From Phoronis australis (Eukaryota; Animalia; Phoronida), in assembly GCA_002633005.1 (NCBI GenBank), contig NMRA01000274.1, positions 353,143 to 417,142 of the forward strand: a DNA stretch of 64,000 nucleotides, written 5' to 3'. The translations under genes were made by a program, and so were the position numbers. Positions 59,249 to 64,000 of this stretch are shown here, piece after piece. Every line of letters begins with the position of its first letter. Positions within the stretch are counted from its first letter, which is position 1. The notes under the pieces are model-generated. The model was not told where the DNA came from, did not search any database, and worked only from the letters and a program-made list of their open reading frames with translations.

Positions 59249-62200
59249 TGAACTTGTGGTTTAATATGTCGAAAGTGCAGTTGTTATATAGTGTTAAACA
59301 GAGGATAGACGATTTTTGAATATGGTTTAATATGTCGAAAGTGCAGTTTTATAGTGTACAACAGAGTACGATTTTTGATGATGGTTTATGTCGAAAGTGC
59401 AGTTTTTATATAGTGTACAACAAAGGATAGACGATTTTTGATTGAAACTGTTGAATATTTCATGTGTAACTGGCTCGTTTCCAAAATGTTTTCCAAGATG
59501 ACCGAAGATATATGATACAAATGAGAGTAATGTTTAAACGTGTAATTGTATTGTTCAATATATTAAATGTTTTGGAATCCAAATTGCCGAGCCATAGATG
59601 GTGAGAAAACACCAGGCAGCTGGTCTGAGCATTGGGCAAACGTACCTCCCCCTCCTCCATAAAAAGTGTAAAAATTGAAAAATGTTAAAAATAAGAATAA
59701 ACGAGGAGTTAGGGTTGGGTATCCGGCTCGCAGCATAAGTCTATGGCGTTTCATGAAAATGTTTTTAAGTCGTTAAAATAACTATTGTAAAAAGGAATAT
59801 AACATATTTTAATTTGTACAGATTATTTGTGAAATAATGCAATTTTTATGATCAAGTTAAAGCACGTACTGTAAATTATGTTAAAAAAACGTCTCCGGAC
59901 CAAAAGTACTGTTAATTACATTTGTATGTACTATGTACAGATACAATTTTAACGTGAAAATAAAAATGTCAAGTCTAACCAAAATAAATGTATAAACTTA
60001 AACACGTCTTGTTTTCTTTGTACACGCTACTTCATACACGCACCTGCGGAACTGTGATTACCCAGGTTGAATGTAGAGGTTTCTCATAGACGGAACTGAG
60101 AAAGTTCGTTGAAGTAAGCGCAGATTTCATATATACACAACTACGGAACTTCGCATGTTCCATTCTAGTTTGGGTATTTACAGGAATACAATAACTTGAG
60201 CGGTTCATATCTTGAAAGGGATTTTACGCTTGGGATGGAAATTTGGCCAGGTGCTACCACTCCACACTTGCTGAAAAGGTTTAGCCAAGTAACTGGGGAG
60301 TACAGTCGGGGATGAATAAATTACCTTGATAGTCCATAACCAGCTGTTATGTGCCAATTCTTGAAAACTGAACATGCGCTTCAGTGACCTCGCATTTCAA
60401 AATAGTGTGGAGCCAGAGACCGAATTTCCAACTGAACTTGAGATTGTGGGTAGATGAAAGTGCACTATTACAAAAGACTTGTAGTACCCTTAGTTACATT
60501 ACTGAAAATTTCGTCGACTAGTCTGCGCATACCACTACGTGTTTTGGAAGTGCAGGTAACTTTTTAATATGAAAGAGGGCAGTAGAAGATGGCAAGATTT
60601 AGGTGATGCAATACTTGAACAGTTCCTAACCATTTCTATGTGAAGGCGTCCTGAAATAGCACGACCATAGGTACTTGAGACGAGGGCAAAAAATAGTTTG
60701 GCTCCTTTGACGTTGGCACTGGTCAGGTTTGACTCATTAAAGCCTTATTTACACACACTCATGACTTGCAGAAACCACAGTTGATAAGGTTTCTCAAAAA
60801 CGAAAAAAATCAAAGCCGTGTCTTAGCTTTGCCACATCCATCGTAAAATACGAAATGCCAAATATTTTTGGCCTTGTACCTAAAATCAAAAATATCCAGG
60901 TACAAGAGAGGAGACAAGATTGCACTCTTATGATTCCAGAAAAATGAGTCATTGCCAACTTTTGCCAATATCCACTTGCCTGAAGGGTACCTGTATGCGC
61001 CCAAAATTCGCCACTGAACAAGGACGATGTGCCTACATCCAGGTCGATAAGGGAGCGGCCAAATTTCTTTACTTAATTTACTCGAAACAACGTCCAGGAA
61101 CTGCTGAATACCAAACATGACGATTACCAGGAAGAGATAACCAGGAAGGGACAACTAGCTAAACCGCCGTTTTTGGCTTCCTTCCCCGGACTAATTTTAG
61201 GACTTAAGTTTCGTTTAAAAGGAAACAGATGATTTCATCAGAGAGATTAAAGCTTTTTCTATAGAAGGATATCAAAAAATCTCACTTTGCAACCTTAAAC
61301 AGTGGTGTAATTGTACTTTGAAAATATCGACTTCAGCGCACGCAATCGCAATTTCCCACACGCAGTCACGGGTATTTAAGCTTTTCTGTCGATGTATAGA
61401 TGGCGCAGTAGTCAAGTACTCCCTCATTTGCATATCAAATTTGCATGTGGGAGTTCTGAGACTCTCGTAAGTTTAGTTGTTGTCGAGCGCTTGAGTGGAT
61501 AAAGCGGTGACCTCCCGCTGAGATCACGCGCTGATGAAGATACCACAGCTAACTCGATCGCTTCGCAATCAGGAGGTGAAAACACTCCCATGACCGCAGT
61601 TTTAAATTCCAGTTAAGCAAGCCCTATTTCAAGGAGCGGACTTTGAATTGTTTTCATCCCCTTACAGTGGGTTGCAGAGAGGTTTAGAACTAGGTCAACA
61701 TCGAACTTTCTGAGGCTAGCTATCGTGTTGACAAAAGTTTGAAGTGTCAGAACCATAGACTGAGCGCGCGAGAGATCTATGATTCCTGTTCTAATCCAGT
61801 NGTGAACTTGTGGTTTAATATGTCGAAAGTGCAGTTGTTATATAGTGTTCAACAGAGGATAGACGATTTTTGAATATGGTTTAATATGTCGAAAGTGCAG
61901 TTTTATGTTGTACAGCAGAGTATACGATTTTTGATGATGGTTTATGTCGAAAGTGCAGTTTTTATATAGTGTACAACAAAGGATAGACGATTTTTGATTG
62001 AAACTGTTGAATATTTCATGTGTAACTGGCTTGTTTCCAAAATGTTTTCCAAGATGACTGAAGATATATGATACAAATGAGAGTAATGTTTAAACGTGTA
62101 ATTGTATTGTTCAATATATTAAATGTTTTGGAATCCAAATTGCCGAGCCATAGATGGTGAGAAAACACCAGGCAGCTGGTCTGAGCATTGGGCAAACGTA

Positions 62201-63682
62201 CCTCCCCCTCCTCCATAAAAAGTGTAAAAAATGAAAAATGTTAAAAATAAGAATAAATGAGGAGTTAGGGTTGGGTATCCGGCTCGCAGCACAAGTCTAT
62301 GGCGTTTCATGAAAATGTTTTTAAGTCGTTAAAATAACTATTGTAAAAAGGAAAATATAAGATATTTTAATTTGTACAGATTCTTTGTTAAATAATGCAT
62401 TTTTTATGATCAAGTTAAAGCAAATTATGTTAAAAAAAACGTCTCCGGACCAAAAGTACTGTTAATTACATTTGTATGTACTATGTACAGATGTAATTTT
62501 AACGTGAAAATAAAAATGTCGAGTCTAAACCAAAATAAATGTATAAACTTTAACACGTCTTGTTTTCTTTGTACACACTACTTCATACACGCACCTGCGG
62601 GACTGTGATTACCCAGGTTGAATGTAGAGGTTTCTCATAGACGGAACTGAGAAAGTTCGTTGAAGTAAGCGCAGATTTCATATATACACTAGTACGGAAC
62701 TTCGCATGTTACATTCTAGTTTGGGTATTTACATGAATACAATAACTTGAGCGGTTCATATCTCGAAAGGGATTTTACGCTTGGGATGGAAATTTGGCCT
62801 AGTGCTACCACTCCACACTTGCTGAAAAGGTTTAGCCAAGTAATTGGGGAGTACAGTCGGGAATGAATAAATTACCTTGGTAGTCGACAACCAGCTGTTA
62901 TGTGCCAATTCTTGAAAACTGAACATGCGCTTCAGTGAGATCGCATTTCAAAATAGTGTGGAGCCAGAGACCGAATTTCCAAGTGAACTCGAGATTGTGG
63001 GTAGATGAAAATGCACTATTACAAAAGACTTTTAGTACCCTTAGTTACACTACTGAAAATTTCGTCGACTAGTCTGCGCATACCACTACATGTTTTGGAT
63101 GTGCAGGTAACATTTTAATATGAAAGAGGGCAGTAGAAGATGGCAAGATTTAGGTGATGCAATACTTTAACAGATCCTAACCATTTCTACGTGAAGGCAT
63201 CCTGAAATAGCACGACCAAAGGTACTCGAGACGAGGGCAAAAAATAGTTTCTCCTTTGACGTTGGCACTGGTCAGGGTCGACTCGTTAAAGCCTTATTTA
63301 CACACTCTAGTCAAAAAAGGCATGACTTGCAAAAACCACAGTTGATAAGGTTTCTCAAAAACGAAAAAAAATCAAAGCCGTGTCTTAGCTTTGCCACATC
63401 CATCGTAAAACACGAAATGCCAAATATTTTTGGCCTTGTACCTAAAATCACAAATATCCAGGTAAAAGAGAGGAGACAAGATTGCACTCTTATGATTCCA
63501 GCAAAATGAGTCATTGTCAACTTTTGCCAATATCCACTTGCCTGAAGGGTACCTGTATGCGCCCAAAATTCGCCACTGAACAAGGACGATGTGCCTACAT
63601 CCAGGTCGATAAGGGAGCGGCCAAATTTCTGTACTTAATTTACTCAAAACAACCTCCAGGAACTGCTGAATACCAAACATGA
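59249..63682. repeat. About 1.9-kb direct repeat (59249-61121 vs 61802-63682); each copy starts with a roughly 60-bp x3 minisatellite
   Basis: Colinear high similarity with scattered substitutions and indels, and paired ORFs in the track (59460/62016, 60920/63482). Copy 2 starts immediately after the 'n' at 61801. Confidence 0.92.
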
Positions 63683-64000
63683 CAATCACATATAGTCCAC
63701 AAAATGACCATAATATCTGAACCACTCAATTTTCTTCATTTTGGGGCCGAATTGTGGCCTTCCACCTTAAATCCACTATTGGCTAATACCCAGTGCAATA
63801 ACTTATGTTACGAGGTGCTGTTGGCCAGCTAGCTGTGGAACCCTCACATTAAGAGCTGTACATACAACAGATTAGTCAACTAACAAATCTGACACCGTGA
63901 CTAATCAAAGTACAACAGTGCTTTGCAGTTCATAATTTTTCCTGTATTAATAAGCCGTTGAATCCTAAAGATTGTACAATTATAAAGTTCCACATCCATA

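Larger units (their letters stand above)
49269..59720 (+). ncRNA. Candidate long multi-exon non-coding transcription unit
   Basis: No convincing ORF. Strong plus-strand acceptors end at 50117, 50817, 51570, 52761, 52853 and in each array unit. There is a donor cctg|gtaagg at 50364, persistent G>C skew, and AATAAA at about 59696. No transcript evidence is available. Confidence 0.35.

Noticed and set aside
61525-61600. CTGATGA...GAAA as a hammerhead ribozyme
   Set aside because: I could not form convincing stems I, II and III around the cores.
59249-63682. 1.9-kb direct repeat as the paired LTRs of a retrotransposon
   Set aside because: No gag/pol, PBS or TG...CA termini are seen, and copy 2 begins exactly at a scaffold 'n'. 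An uncollapsed allelic overlap is the simpler explanation.

Overview
Eukaryotic, AT-rich, intron-containing metazoan DNA that looks invertebrate; the species cannot be determined from the sequence. Most ORFs in the supplied track are spurious. Three spliced genes can be built by hand. NATD1 (minus, 3 exons, 413-3361) and PLEKHD1 (minus, 13 firm exons plus a tentative last exon, about 13058-36466, one GC-AG intron) are recognisable. The third is an unrecognised 2-exon, 216-aa low-complexity gene (plus, 7078-8242) with a KKVSF (PP1 RVxF-type) motif. The 37-48.5 kb region is dense with decayed transposons: a Penelope-like GIY-YIG remnant, a LINE 3' end, MITEs with 5-bp TSDs and a tRNA-like SINE head. 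The least explained part is about 49-59.7 kb. It is strongly G/T-skewed and has no convincing ORF. It starts at a CRE/Inr promoter-like cluster and contains a 10-unit, 295-423-bp array in which a splice-acceptor-like motif is best conserved. It is a candidate multi-exon non-coding transcription unit. The final 1.9-kb direct repeat abuts an assembly 'n' and is probably an uncollapsed haplotype.
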